The notes below the pieces were generated by a model. It did no database searches and had not been told where the DNA came from. It was given only the letters and a program-made list of their open reading frames with translations. The position numbers were made by a program, and so were the translations under genes. A stretch of 64,000 nt of DNA from an uncultured cyanobacterium (GTDB taxonomy: Bacteria > Cyanobacteriota > Cyanobacteriia > Pseudanabaenales > Pseudanabaenaceae): the NCBI GenBank assembly GCA_963703315.1, contig OY969811.1:2848001-2912000 (forward strand). The letters are read 5' to 3'. Below are positions 10,017 through 21,315 of this stretch, piece after piece (position 1 is the first letter of the stretch; the number at the start of each line of letters is the position of its first letter).

Positions 10017-10120
10017 TAAGTATCTGAGCATAATTAAAAACCAGAACCAAAACCTGTGGCGCACGCTGCGCGTGCGCCACAGGTTTTGGGATTGTATATT
10101 TAATTGCGCCCAAATACTTA
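10017..10120. mobile_element. MITE-like element with TAAGTA...TACTTA ends and internal GC hairpin
   Basis: Imperfect 22-bp TIRs (TAAGTATCTGAGCATAATTAAA vs reverse complement TAAGTATTTGGGCGCAATTAAA) around CCAAAACCTGTGGCGCACGC-TGC-GCGTGCGCCACAGGTTTTGG. Confidence 0.65.
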
Positions 10121-10157
10121 ACCAGATACTTAAAAAGACAATCTTGAGGAGATATGA

Positions 10158-11003
10158 ATGGTAAACATTGGTTATCATACCGCCAGAATTCAAGGGAAGT
10201 TTATTCGATCTGTTTATAAATCCAGTATTTCCAGTCTAGTCAGTTTGCCGATTAAACAAGATCGTCAAGTCCCCATCAAAGTTTATGCCCTATCCTGTGA
10301 GCGTGATTTGCCCGAACAAGTCGCCAGTTTACGGTCTTTCCTGCGCTATGTCGGCATTCCCACAGCCTTCACCATCATGTCTGATGGAAGTTATACCCAA
10401 GAGAGTATTCAGCTATTGCAACGGATTCATCCCTGCGTTGATGTCCAACCTTTAACAAAATTTCAAAGAGATGACTTGCCTCCATCTGTCTATGAATATG
10501 CATCACAGCAAGCAATGGGAAAAAAACTTGCCGCCCTCATGTCAATTCCTATTGATGGTGCAACACTTTATACAGATTCAGATATTTTATTTTTTCAAGG
10601 AGCTTCTAATTTAGCTGATTTAGCGACTGCTAAAGATGGACATACTTACTATTTACCAGATTGCAAAAACTCTCTAGATTCGCGGCTAATTTATGAAGAT
10701 ATTGAGCAGCAGGAGCCAATCAATGCAGGTTTCATTCTCTTTAAGAAAGCTTTAGATTGGGATGAGACTGTGCAAAGATTGACAAAATTACAAGAGCCTC
10801 CCAACTACTTTTCTGAGCAAACCATTGTCAATTTAACAATTAAACGTAATCATGGTATTGCCTTCCCAAAGGATAAATACATTATGAGTGTTGAAGATCA
10901 ATTTATTTATCCAGATAGATTTGTCAATAACCAAATTGCAATGCGGCATTATGTAAGTGATGTAAGACATAAGTTTTGGCTGTCCGCTTTATTCAAATTA
11001 TGA
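10158..11003 (+). CDS. Putative GT-A fold glycosyltransferase (GT8-like)
   Basis: LYTDSDILFF DxD motif, INAGFILF, EQT, C-terminal HY. Confidence 0.65.
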   Translation: MVNIGYHTARIQGKFIRSVYKSSISSLVSLPIKQDRQVPIKVYALSCERDLPEQVASLRSFLRYVGIPTAFTIMSDGSYTQESIQLLQRIHPCVDVQPLTKFQRDDLPPSVYEYASQQAMGKKLAALMSIPIDGATLYTDSDILFFQGASNLADLATAKDGHTYYLPDCKNSLDSRLIYEDIEQQEPINAGFILFKKALDWDETVQRLTKLQEPPNYFSEQTIVNLTIKRNHGIAFPKDKYIMSVEDQFIYPDRFVNNQIAMRHYVSDVRHKFWLSALFKL

Positions 11004-11026
11004 CCGTACAATTCATCTAAGTTTTT

Positions 11027-13036
11027 ATGCCCCAAATATCTAGCTTTGATATCTTTGACACTCTTCTGACAAGGTTGGCAATTGAACCTACAGAAATCTT
11101 TAAAATTTGTGGCGATCGCGCTTTGCAAAGGGGATGGATCAATCTCTCCGCCGAAACCTTTCAAAAGCTAAGAATTGCTGCTGAAAAGCGATCGCGCTTA
11201 TTTTATGCAGGGGGGGAAGCTAATCTTGATGAAATCTATCGCGAAGTTGAGAATACTTTAGAAATTGGGATAGAAGTAGTTAATAAACTTAAGGAGTTAG
11301 AGCTAGAAGTTGAGAGAGAATATCTCGTGCCAATACCTGAAGCGTTTGGCTTAATTGCTGAGGCAAGGCGATCGCATCCCAATGTTGTCTTTATTTCCGA
11401 TATGTATTTACCCGCCGATTTTATCCAGAAATTGCTTGTAAAATATGGCTTTTGGCAAGAAGGCGATCGCTTGTATGTGTCTTCTCAATGGCGCAAATCT
11501 AAGGGAAAGGGGGATTTGTTTTTACAAGTTCTAGAGGATCTGAACTTAAAGCCTCAAGAGCTTACTCATATTGGCAATAATTTACAGGTTGATGTAGATA
11601 AACCACAATCCTTGGGAATTAATACAATCTATTTTGAAGCAGCAAATCCGAATCGCTATGAATTAATTTTACAAAAGTATGCCAACTCTACTAATGGAAT
11701 TACTTCTACGCTTGCTAGTATTTCTCGCTATACCCGCCTAACTCAAGCTGCAAAAACTCCTAAAGAGACGAGCATTCGAGATGTAGCAGTTTCTGTGGCT
11801 GCACCGATTTTAACGGCTTATGTAGTCTGGATCTTACAACAGGCTAAGGCTCAAAAATTGGAACGAATTTATTTTCTGGCAAGGGATGGTGAGATTTTAT
11901 TGCAAATTGCGAAAGAGCTTGCTCCCAAGATTTATCCAGAAGTGGAACTGCGTTATTTGTATGTCAGTCGCCAAGCTTTGAGAATGCCGGGGCTAACAGA
12001 GATTAATCAAGCATTTTGGGAATGGATGTTTGATAATACGGAGATTTTTACAATCGATAGTCTGTTACAGCGAATGTGCCTTGATCATCAATTGGCTCAA
12101 CCAATTTTGGAAGCTTTAGGATATCCCAGCGATCGCTGGCAACAAAATTTAGCTGCACAAGAGCGGATTGGATTACGCAATAAACTGGAACAGCATCAAC
12201 CTCTACAAAAATTAGTTCTCCAAATCGCTGAGCAGAAACGTGAAGTTCTCCAAGCTTATTTGCAACAGGAAAAGATGCTAGATGGTAAAGCTTTTGGATT
12301 AGTCGATGTGGGCTGGCGGGGCAGTTTGCAGATTTCCCTAGAGAATGCCTTTGCGATATTTGGAACTAGAAATCCTGTAGGTTTCTATTTTGCGTTAGAT
12401 AAACCAACGGGAGGATTGAAGCTTAAGGGAGAAGTATTTGCTTTTTTGTTTAATCTCAATCAGGCGATTGGGCTGCGGAATGATATTGATTATCGCTATG
12501 TATCAGCAATGGAAGTTTTTTGTGCGGGTTGTGAAGGAACGACTTTAGATTATGCTTTGCAAGCCGATGGTTCTGTGGTTCCAGTCCTCAAACATACGCA
12601 TAATCAACCTGCTCAGGATTGGGGGCTGAAATTTTTTCAACAATCAGTGATTGCTTTTGTCCGTCATTTCCTAGAGCGATCGCCCGATGATTTGATGCTG
12701 ACGACTTCTCCAAAAATATTACGGGAAGCTTTAGATGAGCTATTTCTCACTTTTAATAACTCGCCCACATTCCCAGAATCCACTGCATTTACTGATTGTC
12801 CATTTTTTGATGATCCCAATGAGCTTTATCATTTTTATTGGGCAATGCCTTTGCAATTAACCGATGTTGTGAAATATGCGATCGCTAGGCGGGAGTCGTT
12901 AACCGTACATCGCAATGCTTGGTATCAGGCAAGTTTGCAAGTTAGTTCGCCCCTTGTGAAAAAAATTGTACCTGTGGCGATCGCCCAACGTAAATTTCTC
13001 AAGCGTCTCAAGAAATTAGTATTAAATAAAAACTAA
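11027..13036 (+). CDS. HAD-superfamily hydrolase of the type found in polysaccharide loci
   Basis: SFDIFDTLLTR, FISDMYLP, IYFLARDG, LVDVGWRGSLQ. Confidence 0.82.
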   Translation: MPQISSFDIFDTLLTRLAIEPTEIFKICGDRALQRGWINLSAETFQKLRIAAEKRSRLFYAGGEANLDEIYREVENTLEIGIEVVNKLKELELEVEREYLVPIPEAFGLIAEARRSHPNVVFISDMYLPADFIQKLLVKYGFWQEGDRLYVSSQWRKSKGKGDLFLQVLEDLNLKPQELTHIGNNLQVDVDKPQSLGINTIYFEAANPNRYELILQKYANSTNGITSTLASISRYTRLTQAAKTPKETSIRDVAVSVAAPILTAYVVWILQQAKAQKLERIYFLARDGEILLQIAKELAPKIYPEVELRYLYVSRQALRMPGLTEINQAFWEWMFDNTEIFTIDSLLQRMCLDHQLAQPILEALGYPSDRWQQNLAAQERIGLRNKLEQHQPLQKLVLQIAEQKREVLQAYLQQEKMLDGKAFGLVDVGWRGSLQISLENAFAIFGTRNPVGFYFALDKPTGGLKLKGEVFAFLFNLNQAIGLRNDIDYRYVSAMEVFCAGCEGTTLDYALQADGSVVPVLKHTHNQPAQDWGLKFFQQSVIAFVRHFLERSPDDLMLTTSPKILREALDELFLTFNNSPTFPESTAFTDCPFFDDPNELYHFYWAMPLQLTDVVKYAIARRESLTVHRNAWYQASLQVSSPLVKKIVPVAIAQRKFLKRLKKLVLNKN

Positions 13037-13080
13037 AAGTTGTGACGCACGCGCAGCGTGCGTCACAACTTTTAGTTTTT
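13028..13080. repeat. Perfect 25-bp-stem palindrome overlapping the HAD gene stop
   Basis: AAAAACTAAAAGTTGTGACGCACGC-GCA-GCGTGCGTCACAACTTTTAGTTTTT. Confidence 0.9.
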
Positions 13081-13128
13081 GAAAGCGCGAAGCGCTGTAA
13101 CTTGCGTACAGCATTGTAAAATTTGATT

Positions 13129-14259
13129 ATGAGTGTACTGAGTCAAACCAAAACCATCGAGCCAGCCCTTGCTGCGGTCAAGCAACGCCTAGAAGAAGGT
13201 GGCGCTTTGCTTCCAGATTCGTCTGACAACTTGCTAGAGGTTGTTGGCATTCTCAAAAGTTATGGCGTGGTGCTAGGCGAATACTATAGGAACCTCACCT
13301 ATATTTCGGAGCATCAGTTTCTAGTATTTTTCCCATTTTTTAAATTTTTTAATGGTGATTTTGCTCTAGGTAAGCTCGGTCGCCATCTGTGGCACGATCG
13401 CATTAACTTTGAGTTTGCCGAATATTGCATGAAGGCAATGTTTTGGCATGGTGGCGGTGGACTAGATCAGTACTTAGATTCGGCAGAATTTAGTCAAAGT
13501 GCTAAAAGGGCGATCGCTGCTCAAGTTAAGCGTAATCCTCTGCTAGCCGCAGTCAATGGACTATTCCCAGATTTTCTCCTAGAGCAAGTGCGTCTGATGA
13601 CCTACTACAGCGCTCTTGGCTATTTCTGGTCATTTATGTCACCAATGTTTTTAGAACTGAGCGATCGCTATGATCGTGGTGAAATCAAGAGCATTCCCGA
13701 TGTGGTTCAACACATTCAAGATGGGCTAGTGGCGGCGGCGGCAGTACCTTACATTTACAAGGTCACGATCAATGGTGAAGACTATGAGATCGTACCTGCA
13801 TCGGCAAATTTAACATTTTTGATGGATACGGCTGTCCCCTACGTTGAAGCTGTATTTTTCCGTTCCTTTCCATTTCGTGGCACGACTTCCTATAACGCAC
13901 AGGCTCAGCAAATTTCTTCGGACATTTCCCAATTTAATTATGGTGTGCTATATGCCGATCCTTTGCCCGTCGGTGGCGCTGGAATTCCGCCCACATTACT
14001 GATGCAAGATATGCGTCATTTTTTGCCTAAATATTTGCTTGATGTTTACAAAGCAAGCGATCGCGGCGAAGAGGATTTATTGGTCAAGATTTGTCTTTCT
14101 TTTCAAAAGTCGATGTTTTGCGTAACCACAGCCGCTTTACGTGGTTTAGCACCCCATCCCTTGGAAACAAAAGACGCTCAAGAAAAGAAAGCTAATGACA
14201 AATTCTTGGCTCCTTGGCTAGCAAGGCTATCGCGATCGCGTTTATATACATTGCAGTAA
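13129..14259 (+). CDS. cupB: CO2 hydration protein CupB (ChpX) of NDH-1_4
   Basis: HDRINFEFAEYCMKAMFWHGGGGLD, ADPLPVGGAGIPPTLLMQDMRHFLP, FQKSMFCVTTAA; about 376 aa fits CupB better than the longer CupA. Confidence 0.88.
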   Translation: MSVLSQTKTIEPALAAVKQRLEEGGALLPDSSDNLLEVVGILKSYGVVLGEYYRNLTYISEHQFLVFFPFFKFFNGDFALGKLGRHLWHDRINFEFAEYCMKAMFWHGGGGLDQYLDSAEFSQSAKRAIAAQVKRNPLLAAVNGLFPDFLLEQVRLMTYYSALGYFWSFMSPMFLELSDRYDRGEIKSIPDVVQHIQDGLVAAAAVPYIYKVTINGEDYEIVPASANLTFLMDTAVPYVEAVFFRSFPFRGTTSYNAQAQQISSDISQFNYGVLYADPLPVGGAGIPPTLLMQDMRHFLPKYLLDVYKASDRGEEDLLVKICLSFQKSMFCVTTAALRGLAPHPLETKDAQEKKANDKFLAPWLARLSRSRLYTLQ

Positions 14260-14262
14260 GCT

Positions 14263-14303
14263 AAAAAGAGAGTGGCGGCGCGAAGCGCCGCCACTCTCTT
14301 TTT
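14263..14303. repeat. Palindromic repeat / terminator with GCGAAGC core
   Basis: AAAAAGAGAGTGGCGGCGC-GAA-GCGCCGCCACTCTCTTTTT. Confidence 0.88.
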
Positions 14304-14413
14304 GGGTATAACCATAAATATTCATGTAAATGTTCAGTAAAATGTCTGATGACATAAATTAATGAGGTGAATTAGGATTATAAAAATTTTCAGGATCTGA
14401 TTGAGGTATCGCG

Positions 14414-16075
14414 TTGTTACCATTACGATCGCCGATCAATTCTTTGCCCTCAAAATCAGTGATGAAATTGATGAGCACACCCAACAATGCCCCGTCAAGC
14501 ATCAATCTTGTCGCCACCCTGCAAGCCGCACAAGATATTTCGCGAGAGCTAAATGTTGACAAGCTTGTTAATCTCAGCCTTTCCGCATTACTAAACCTAT
14601 CGGGCGCACAGTCGGGTGCGGTAGTTTTGGCAGATGGTTCAGAATTTGTGATCGCTGCCATGATCACTAGGCGATCGCCTAACTTAGAAATAGCACCGAG
14701 ATTACCTCTTGCTGATAATGTCGCTAATTTGCCAATATTGCTAGTGCGTCATGCCTTAGATAAACAGGCAGAAGCAATTTGGGATCTCCACAATCCTGAT
14801 CCACATTTTGTTGATGATCCCTATTGGCTGCATGATTCTCCCCAAGCAGCCATCTGCATACCTCTATGCGAGAGAGGTGAATTTTTGGGAGCAGTTTATT
14901 TAGAAAATGAAGATAGCGATACCTTACTGCAAACTGAATGCTTACAAGTCGCGCGATCGCTATGTCAACAAGTAGCAATTTCGTTGGTGCGATCGCGAGA
15001 ATTGGCAGAGGTCAATCAGCGCAAAGAAGTCGAAGAGGCTTTGCAACGGTGTAATTCACTTTTGAAATCGCAGCGCGAAGCTTCCATTGATGGGGTTTTG
15101 GCAGTAGATGAGCAAGGACGGATTGTCAGCTACAACAACCGATTTTGTACTTTGTGGCAAATTCCTGAATCTGTACTGCAATCTGTGGAATATGGAGGAT
15201 TGCTGAGTTTGTTGCAACATCACCTGCAACTACCCGATGGACTCATTGAGGCGATCGAAAATGCCTATGATTCTCCTGAAATGTATACTCAACATGAAAT
15301 TGAGCTTAATGACCATCGCGTAATTGATTGCCACTCAGGACAGGTACATTCTCCTGAAGGTAAGTTTTATGGCATGGTGTGGTATTTTCGCGATGTCACC
15401 GAGCGTGTTCTTGTACAGAAAGAACTACAAATCGAAAAAGAACGTTCCGAAAGTTTGTTACTGAATATGTTGCCTGCGACGATCGCCAAGAAGCTGAAGC
15501 ATAGCCGTGCTTCTATGGCAGATGGCTTTGAAGAAGTATCGGTGTTATTTGCGGATATTGTGGGCTTTACGGAACTATCTAGTCGGATGTCACCAACACA
15601 AGTCGTCGGTCTGCTCAATCGCATTTTTTCGATATTTGATAATTTGTGCGATCGCCACAAACTCGAAAAAATCAAAACCATTGGTGATGCCTATATGGTC
15701 GTCAGTGGCTTGCCCCACCCAAGAGTCGATCATGCTGAGGCGATCGCGAAAATGGCACTCGATATGCAAGAAGCTGTCTCTGAAGTTAAGGCGATCGAGG
15801 GGACACAAATTGCCATGCGAATTGGCATTAATTCAGGTCCCGTTGTGGCAGGTGTGATTGGCACAAAGAAATTTATTTACGATCTTTGGGGTGATACGGT
15901 CAATGTTGCTAGTCGCATGGAATCCTTAGGCATAGCCGAAGCCATTCAAGTTACGGAAGCGACTTATATGCGTATCCACGATAAATTTCATCTTGAGCAA
16001 CGGGGCATGATTTCTGTTAAAGGAAAAGGCGAAATGATGACCTATTGGCTAAGTGGCAAAAAAGATCAAAGCTAA
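14414..16075 (+). CDS. Class III adenylate/guanylate cyclase with GAF and PAS domains
   Basis: VLFADIVGFT, KIKTIGDAYM, YDLWGDTVNVASRME (K and D residues indicate ATP specificity); true start may be ATG 14462 or 14471. Confidence 0.93.
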   Translation: MLPLRSPINSLPSKSVMKLMSTPNNAPSSINLVATLQAAQDISRELNVDKLVNLSLSALLNLSGAQSGAVVLADGSEFVIAAMITRRSPNLEIAPRLPLADNVANLPILLVRHALDKQAEAIWDLHNPDPHFVDDPYWLHDSPQAAICIPLCERGEFLGAVYLENEDSDTLLQTECLQVARSLCQQVAISLVRSRELAEVNQRKEVEEALQRCNSLLKSQREASIDGVLAVDEQGRIVSYNNRFCTLWQIPESVLQSVEYGGLLSLLQHHLQLPDGLIEAIENAYDSPEMYTQHEIELNDHRVIDCHSGQVHSPEGKFYGMVWYFRDVTERVLVQKELQIEKERSESLLLNMLPATIAKKLKHSRASMADGFEEVSVLFADIVGFTELSSRMSPTQVVGLLNRIFSIFDNLCDRHKLEKIKTIGDAYMVVSGLPHPRVDHAEAIAKMALDMQEAVSEVKAIEGTQIAMRIGINSGPVVAGVIGTKKFIYDLWGDTVNVASRMESLGIAEAIQVTEATYMRIHDKFHLEQRGMISVKGKGEMMTYWLSGKKDQS

Positions 16076-16099
16076 GTCGCGAAGCGACTTAGCTTTGAT
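16065..16099. terminator. Hairpin between convergent cyclase and HD genes
   Basis: ATCAAAGCTAAGTCGC-GAA-GCGACTTAGCTTTGAT; includes the cyclase stop codon. Confidence 0.65.
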
Positions 16100-17323
16100 T
16101 TAGGGATGCACTAGCCATGCTCGCTGAATTGGCTGCACGATCGCCTGTACTAATGGCGAAAGTGTGGCTATATCTTGTAAACCTTGCTCAGTTTGCACAT
16201 AAATCCCTTGTTTATAAATGCTATAGCCCTTAGTCCGTGATACGCGAATCCCACAATAATATTGAGGATCTAGTCCTTGGGCAATTAATTTTTGATGCCA
16301 ACTATCGAGGCTTTGCTGTTGCTGGATCTCCTCTAGGTGAGAAATCTCCGTAACATGAAATAAATCGCGATCCAAAAAGCGACGACATAAATCTGCAAGA
16401 GTCCGATCGCCACTATCGCGCCATTGATGAATGTGATAGTTAAACATGGTGTCATCGGAGGCAAAATATTCTTCACAGGTAAGAGATTGTGGGTCTTGGG
16501 TCAGCCAAGCCATCATCGGGCGATCGCTAAATATTTGGTTAGATTCGCCATCAGAAACTAAAACCTTCGCCCTCCGAAAAATTTTTTCCAATAAAAATCT
16601 TGCTGCTAAGTTTTTGGGATGGTTATAGATCTGTAAATACATAAAATAGCGCACTGTTAAATAATGCTCGATCGCCACAATCCCTTTGTGATCAATTACC
16701 AAATTTTGAGAAATTGGATCAAAGCGCATTGCCAATAAAATGCGATCTAGATCTAAATGACCATATTTTGCACCCGTAAAATAACTATCTCTTTCTAAAT
16801 AATCAAGGCGATCGCAATCAATTTGACTGGAAATTAATTGATAGATCAATGGCACTGCATATTTTTTAGTAAATACCCTTTCTAAATCAGTAATTAGATC
16901 AGGAGAAAAGCTGTTTAAAATCTCAGCAATTTGGCTGAGCTTTAGCAATCGTAAAGTCCATATTTCATGATTACTGCCAAATACTTCTTCCGATGCATGG
17001 CTATAAGCACCATGACCAAGATCATGTAGTAGAGCAGCTACTAATACTACTGTCCGATGGCTTTTTAGAGAAGGATATTTCGTGGCGATCGCATCAAAAG
17101 CACGTCTCGTCAATGCCATCACCCCTAGCGAATGGGTGAATCGTGACCCCTCAGCCCCATGAAATGTAAAGTAAGCAATATCTAGTTGGCGAATTCGTCT
17201 CAAGCGTTGAAACTCAGGTGTATCAATTAGTTGAATTAATAACGCCTCAGTGCGATCGCTACTATCAAGAGTAATCGCCCCATGAATGGGATCGTTATAA
17301 GTTCGAGACTTGCCAAAAATCAT
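16100..17323 (-). CDS. HD-superfamily phosphohydrolase
   Basis: FQRLRRIRQL, SRFTHSLG, LLHDLGH, DCDRLDY. Confidence 0.92.
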   Translation of the reverse strand: MIFGKSRTYNDPIHGAITLDSSDRTEALLIQLIDTPEFQRLRRIRQLDIAYFTFHGAEGSRFTHSLGVMALTRRAFDAIATKYPSLKSHRTVVLVAALLHDLGHGAYSHASEEVFGSNHEIWTLRLLKLSQIAEILNSFSPDLITDLERVFTKKYAVPLIYQLISSQIDCDRLDYLERDSYFTGAKYGHLDLDRILLAMRFDPISQNLVIDHKGIVAIEHYLTVRYFMYLQIYNHPKNLAARFLLEKIFRRAKVLVSDGESNQIFSDRPMMAWLTQDPQSLTCEEYFASDDTMFNYHIHQWRDSGDRTLADLCRRFLDRDLFHVTEISHLEEIQQQQSLDSWHQKLIAQGLDPQYYCGIRVSRTKGYSIYKQGIYVQTEQGLQDIATLSPLVQAIVQPIQRAWLVHP

Positions 17324-17637
17324 GGGATAAGATGGGTGTGATACAAATCACATTGCGTCGATTACAAATATCATAAGTTAATAAGCAAATATAATGATTG
17401 TTATGTCTGCTTTTTGACGAGATTTCCAAATACTAGAAATTACGCAAAAGTAAGAGTAAATCTTTTGATAGTAGCTATAATTTAAAAATTGCACTACTGA
17501 CAAATTCCATAAAAATGCTAGATCTGCTCAATGGGCTGAGCAGTTAGTAGTTTCTTAGATTCATCACAGTATTCTAAGAAATTTAGTACAGAAATAGATA
17601 GTTGCTGCTTACAGCTTCTTGATACAAGCTAGGTAGT

Positions 17638-18462
17638 ATGAAAAGCACAATGAATTACGGTAGTTTTGTTTCGATAGCACAGTTAACTGATACACATTTA
17701 TTTGAAGATATCGAACAGTCTTTAGTGGGTATTCAAACGGAGTCTTCCTTTCAAGAAGTTCTAGTTAATATCAAAAAAACCTTACCACAAATCGATTTAT
17801 TACTCTTAACAGGGGACTTAACTCAAGATGGTAGTGCTGCATCTTACACACGCTTGCGGCGATCGCTAGATAAATTTGGGATTCATGCTTATTGCTTAGC
17901 GGGAAACCATGATGATTTGTCCTTAATGCAAACCCATTTACCTAGCGAATATGTACATCTAAGCCGATCGCTAAATGTGGGTAAATGGCGAATCTTGTTA
18001 CTTAGCTCGGTTGTGGTTGGGGCTGTGCATGGCTACTTAGCTGCATCCGAATTAGCATGGCTAGAAGACACACTAAAAGCTTATCCTGAGCGCCCGACTT
18101 TAATTGCTTTTCATCACCCTGCCGCGCCTCTTGGCTCTAAATGGATAGACGATATTTGTTTAGAAAATCAAGATCAGTTTTGGGAGATCTGCGATCGCTA
18201 CCCTCAAGTAGAAGTGGTCTTGAATGGACACGCCCATCAAGATTTTGACAAAATTTATGAAACTCCCCATAATTCTGTGCGTTGTCTAGTCACACCCTCG
18301 ACCTGCATTCAGTTTGAGCCGCAAAATCACAAGTTCCAAATCGATAGTCAACCGCCCGGATTTCGGCATATCCGACTGTATCCGAATGGAGTTATGGAAA
18401 CGGAAGTGCATCGTCTCAAAGTCGGCAGCTTCCATCCTGATCTGGCGGCGATCGGTTATTAA
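17638..18462 (+). CDS. cpdA: 3',5'-cyclic-nucleotide phosphodiesterase (Icc/CpdA)
   Basis: Metallophosphoesterase motifs [26 protein letters not shown]. Confidence 0.88.
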   Translation: MKSTMNYGSFVSIAQLTDTHLFEDIEQSLVGIQTESSFQEVLVNIKKTLPQIDLLLLTGDLTQDGSAASYTRLRRSLDKFGIHAYCLAGNHDDLSLMQTHLPSEYVHLSRSLNVGKWRILLLSSVVVGAVHGYLAASELAWLEDTLKAYPERPTLIAFHHPAAPLGSKWIDDICLENQDQFWEICDRYPQVEVVLNGHAHQDFDKIYETPHNSVRCLVTPSTCIQFEPQNHKFQIDSQPPGFRHIRLYPNGVMETEVHRLKVGSFHPDLAAIGY

Positions 18463-18511
18463 ACCTGTTAGGATAAAAAATCGCCTAGCGACTTTTTATC
18501 TCTTAGAACCA

Positions 18512-19645
18512 ATGCAACCGCAGATCATTGTTATCAAAATTGGCACGTCTAGTCTCAGTGATCCTGAATCAGGGGATTTGCAGCTAGCGACGATCGCCAA
18601 ATTAGTAGAAGCGATCGTGCATCTGCGGCGCGAGGGGCATAGTGTTGTTTTAGTGTCTTCAGGGGCAGTGGGGATTGGCTGCGGTAGGTTAGGCTTAAAA
18701 CAACGTCCTCGCAAAATTTCTAAGAAGCAAGCCGTAGCGGCGGTAGGTCAGGGACGCTTAATCAGAATTTACGATGACTTTTTTGGCTCATTGCAACAAC
18801 CTGTCGCCCAAGTTTTATTAACACGAGGCAATCTGATCCAGCGTCAGCACTATATGAATGTCCATGCAACTTTTCATGAGTTGTTAGAACTAGGTGTTGT
18901 GCCAATTGTGAATGAAAACGACACCGTTGCTGTCGAAGAATTGAAATTTGGTGATAATGATACGCTTTCGGCTCTAGTGGCTAGTTTGATCGAGGCAGAT
19001 TGGTTGTTTTTATTAACCGATGTCGATCGCCTCTATTCCGATGATCCACGCCAAAATCCTGATGCTAAACCAATTGAGTTTGTAGAATATTCGCAACTGC
19101 AAGAACTCAGACAGGCGATCGGTGAGAAGCAATCACTAGGTTCTCACGGTGGTGGTACGCAATGGGGAACTGGCGGTATGACCACTAAACTTGATGCTGC
19201 GAGAATTGCTTCCGCCGCAGGAGTTCGCACCGTAATTACCAGAGGAGCATTCCCCGATCGCATTGCCGCCATTCTCAATGGTGAGAACTTCGGCACACAA
19301 TTCGCCGCCCAACCGAAAACCGTCAATGCTCGTAAACGCTGGATTGCTTATGGCATGGTTCCATTAGGTAAGCTGTTTTTAGATGATGGAGCCGTGACTG
19401 CGGTGATTCGTAAGGGGCGATCGCTTTTACCTGCGGGAATTACGCAAGTGGAAGGGAAATTTGAGGCAAATGAATCGGTAAGTCTATGCGATCGCGATGG
19501 CAAAGAAATCGCTAGAGGTATTACCAACTACAGTAGTAACGATATTGTGCGGATTCTCGGCTCACAGTCAGAAGACATTCCCAAGTTACTCGGCTTCGAT
19601 GGCGAAGAAACTGTAATTCATCGAGATAATTTAGTAAGTCTGTAA
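18512..19645 (+). CDS. proB: Glutamate 5-kinase with PUA domain
   Basis: [38 protein letters not shown]; start moved to ATG 18512. Confidence 0.96.
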   Translation: MQPQIIVIKIGTSSLSDPESGDLQLATIAKLVEAIVHLRREGHSVVLVSSGAVGIGCGRLGLKQRPRKISKKQAVAAVGQGRLIRIYDDFFGSLQQPVAQVLLTRGNLIQRQHYMNVHATFHELLELGVVPIVNENDTVAVEELKFGDNDTLSALVASLIEADWLFLLTDVDRLYSDDPRQNPDAKPIEFVEYSQLQELRQAIGEKQSLGSHGGGTQWGTGGMTTKLDAARIASAAGVRTVITRGAFPDRIAAILNGENFGTQFAAQPKTVNARKRWIAYGMVPLGKLFLDDGAVTAVIRKGRSLLPAGITQVEGKFEANESVSLCDRDGKEIARGITNYSSNDIVRILGSQSEDIPKLLGFDGEETVIHRDNLVSL

Positions 19646-21250
19646 AGTTTTAAGGATAGGCGGCGCTTCGCGCCGTCTATCATTGCCTATTTGGCTCACA
19701 AGATATAAGTAATACTTCTCATCGGACATAAAGCTATTCGTAAATTTAGATACGCCTGATATTTGCAGTAAAGGATTTTTGGCAATCAATTCATTATTTA
19801 ATTCTCGGTTCAGAATTAGCAGAATTTTATTGTTTTCTTGATTAAATAAACTACCAGTTTGAGTCAAAACTTCTTGATTATCGACATCTTTTCTTTGCTT
19901 AGTAAATAAGACAAAACTACCCATAGATTTTATTTCTGGGTAATATACTTTTTTGTTGAGATATCCACATATTGGTGATATCGCATAGTCGGTACTACCC
20001 ACAGTCAATAACCGATCTAGTTGCTGTTGTTGGATGAATCTGGCTGTTTCTCGACTTGCCGAAAAAGGAATTAATAAATCTCTACCAAATGCCACAACTC
20101 CCGATAGAAGCTGTGCATATAGCAGCAACATAAAAAATGTTTTTTGATGAGCTTCTGCAAAAAGAATTAGTTTTTTGATTGCTTGTTGAAATTGAACAAA
20201 TAATTTATTGGCAGACAAGTCCTCTGGGAAATTTTTCTTTGGATAATAACTAGCAATCCACAAGCTAGCAATCAATAAAATATATAGATGTCCAAAATGT
20301 CTTGGTCCTCCTAGAAACTTGATATAGGTAAATGTCAAAATTTCAAGTGTGCCAAATAAATAGAGAAATAAAGCAACAGGTTTACGGCTTAGAAATAAAG
20401 CTGTAAAAATGAAAAAGCCTACAGATACTAATGCAAAGATTGACATCTCGATCGCATTCTTATCATTAGGCACAATAATCACCACATAGCCACTCCAAAT
20501 CCTTGTTAATGAAGTGATTAGGCGAATAAAGTCAAACTGTAGAACCCATCCCGAAGTGCCGCCAGCAAGAACACTATCCTGAGGTGGAATCAATAGTAAT
20601 AAAGAGAAAAATATACCAAGTATAAAAATGCTTAAGCTCAAGACAATATCAAGCTTACTAACTGTAGTGGGTGCAATGATATATTCAAAAATTAAAGTTG
20701 CACCTAATGCGATCGCAATTAGTAAACAATAGGCATTGGCATTGGCTAATAAAAATAAAATTATGGATAGTGCAATATAACTAGTCTTTCGTTTAGGAAA
20801 TAATGCACAAAATCCAAAAATCAATAAAACCCCGATCGCATAATTTCTACTAACTAATAAGTACTCATAGAAAGGTAAGTAGCCAAAACAAAATAAGCTC
20901 TTTTGCAGTTTAGTAAAAGATGAAAATCTGAAAAATATATATGCAGATGCGACACCTAGAAATAAATGAAAAAACTGCATAATTACTGGATCATGGGTAA
21001 TCTGATTCAATAAATAGAGGCAGATATACCAAAGTGCAGGATGTCCTTCATATTTCATATTTTGAAATAATTCAGGAATAGAAAGGCTATCTCTCGTCAT
21101 TAACCAAACATTAATTTCATCACGCCACATCGCATGGTTGATGATTCCAATTAATCCTAAGATTAGAAAAATGAAAATTAATGTATTTGTAAAGTAATTT
21201 TCATTATCTCCAATTTTCTTAATTGTTTGTTGAATAGATAGAATTTTCAT
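19631..21250 (-). CDS. Polytopic membrane protein, possible GT-C glycosyltransferase
   Basis: HAMWRDE and YEGHPALWY loop motifs after TM1; about 11 TM helices. Confidence 0.65.
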   Translation of the reverse strand: MKILSIQQTIKKIGDNENYFTNTLIFIFLILGLIGIINHAMWRDEINVWLMTRDSLSIPELFQNMKYEGHPALWYICLYLLNQITHDPVIMQFFHLFLGVASAYIFFRFSSFTKLQKSLFCFGYLPFYEYLLVSRNYAIGVLLIFGFCALFPKRKTSYIALSIILFLLANANAYCLLIAIALGATLIFEYIIAPTTVSKLDIVLSLSIFILGIFFSLLLLIPPQDSVLAGGTSGWVLQFDFIRLITSLTRIWSGYVVIIVPNDKNAIEMSIFALVSVGFFIFTALFLSRKPVALFLYLFGTLEILTFTYIKFLGGPRHFGHLYILLIASLWIASYYPKKNFPEDLSANKLFVQFQQAIKKLILFAEAHQKTFFMLLLYAQLLSGVVAFGRDLLIPFSASRETARFIQQQQLDRLLTVGSTDYAISPICGYLNKKVYYPEIKSMGSFVLFTKQRKDVDNQEVLTQTGSLFNQENNKILLILNRELNNELIAKNPLLQISGVSKFTNSFMSDEKYYLYLVSQIGNDRRREAPPILKTLQTY

Positions 21251-21315
21251 TTATTACTTTGAATTAGCTGATTGCAATTAAATATTAAGCTGTGGGTGTT
21301 GCTAACGCGATCACT

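Noticed and set aside
9856..10193. Short minus-strand ORFs (85 aa and 66 aa)
   Set aside because: They read through palindromic/MITE-like DNA and overlap real genes; no protein motifs.
18314..18511. N-terminal extension of proB in the ORF track
   Set aside because: It overlaps cpdA; ProB similarity begins at ATG 18512.
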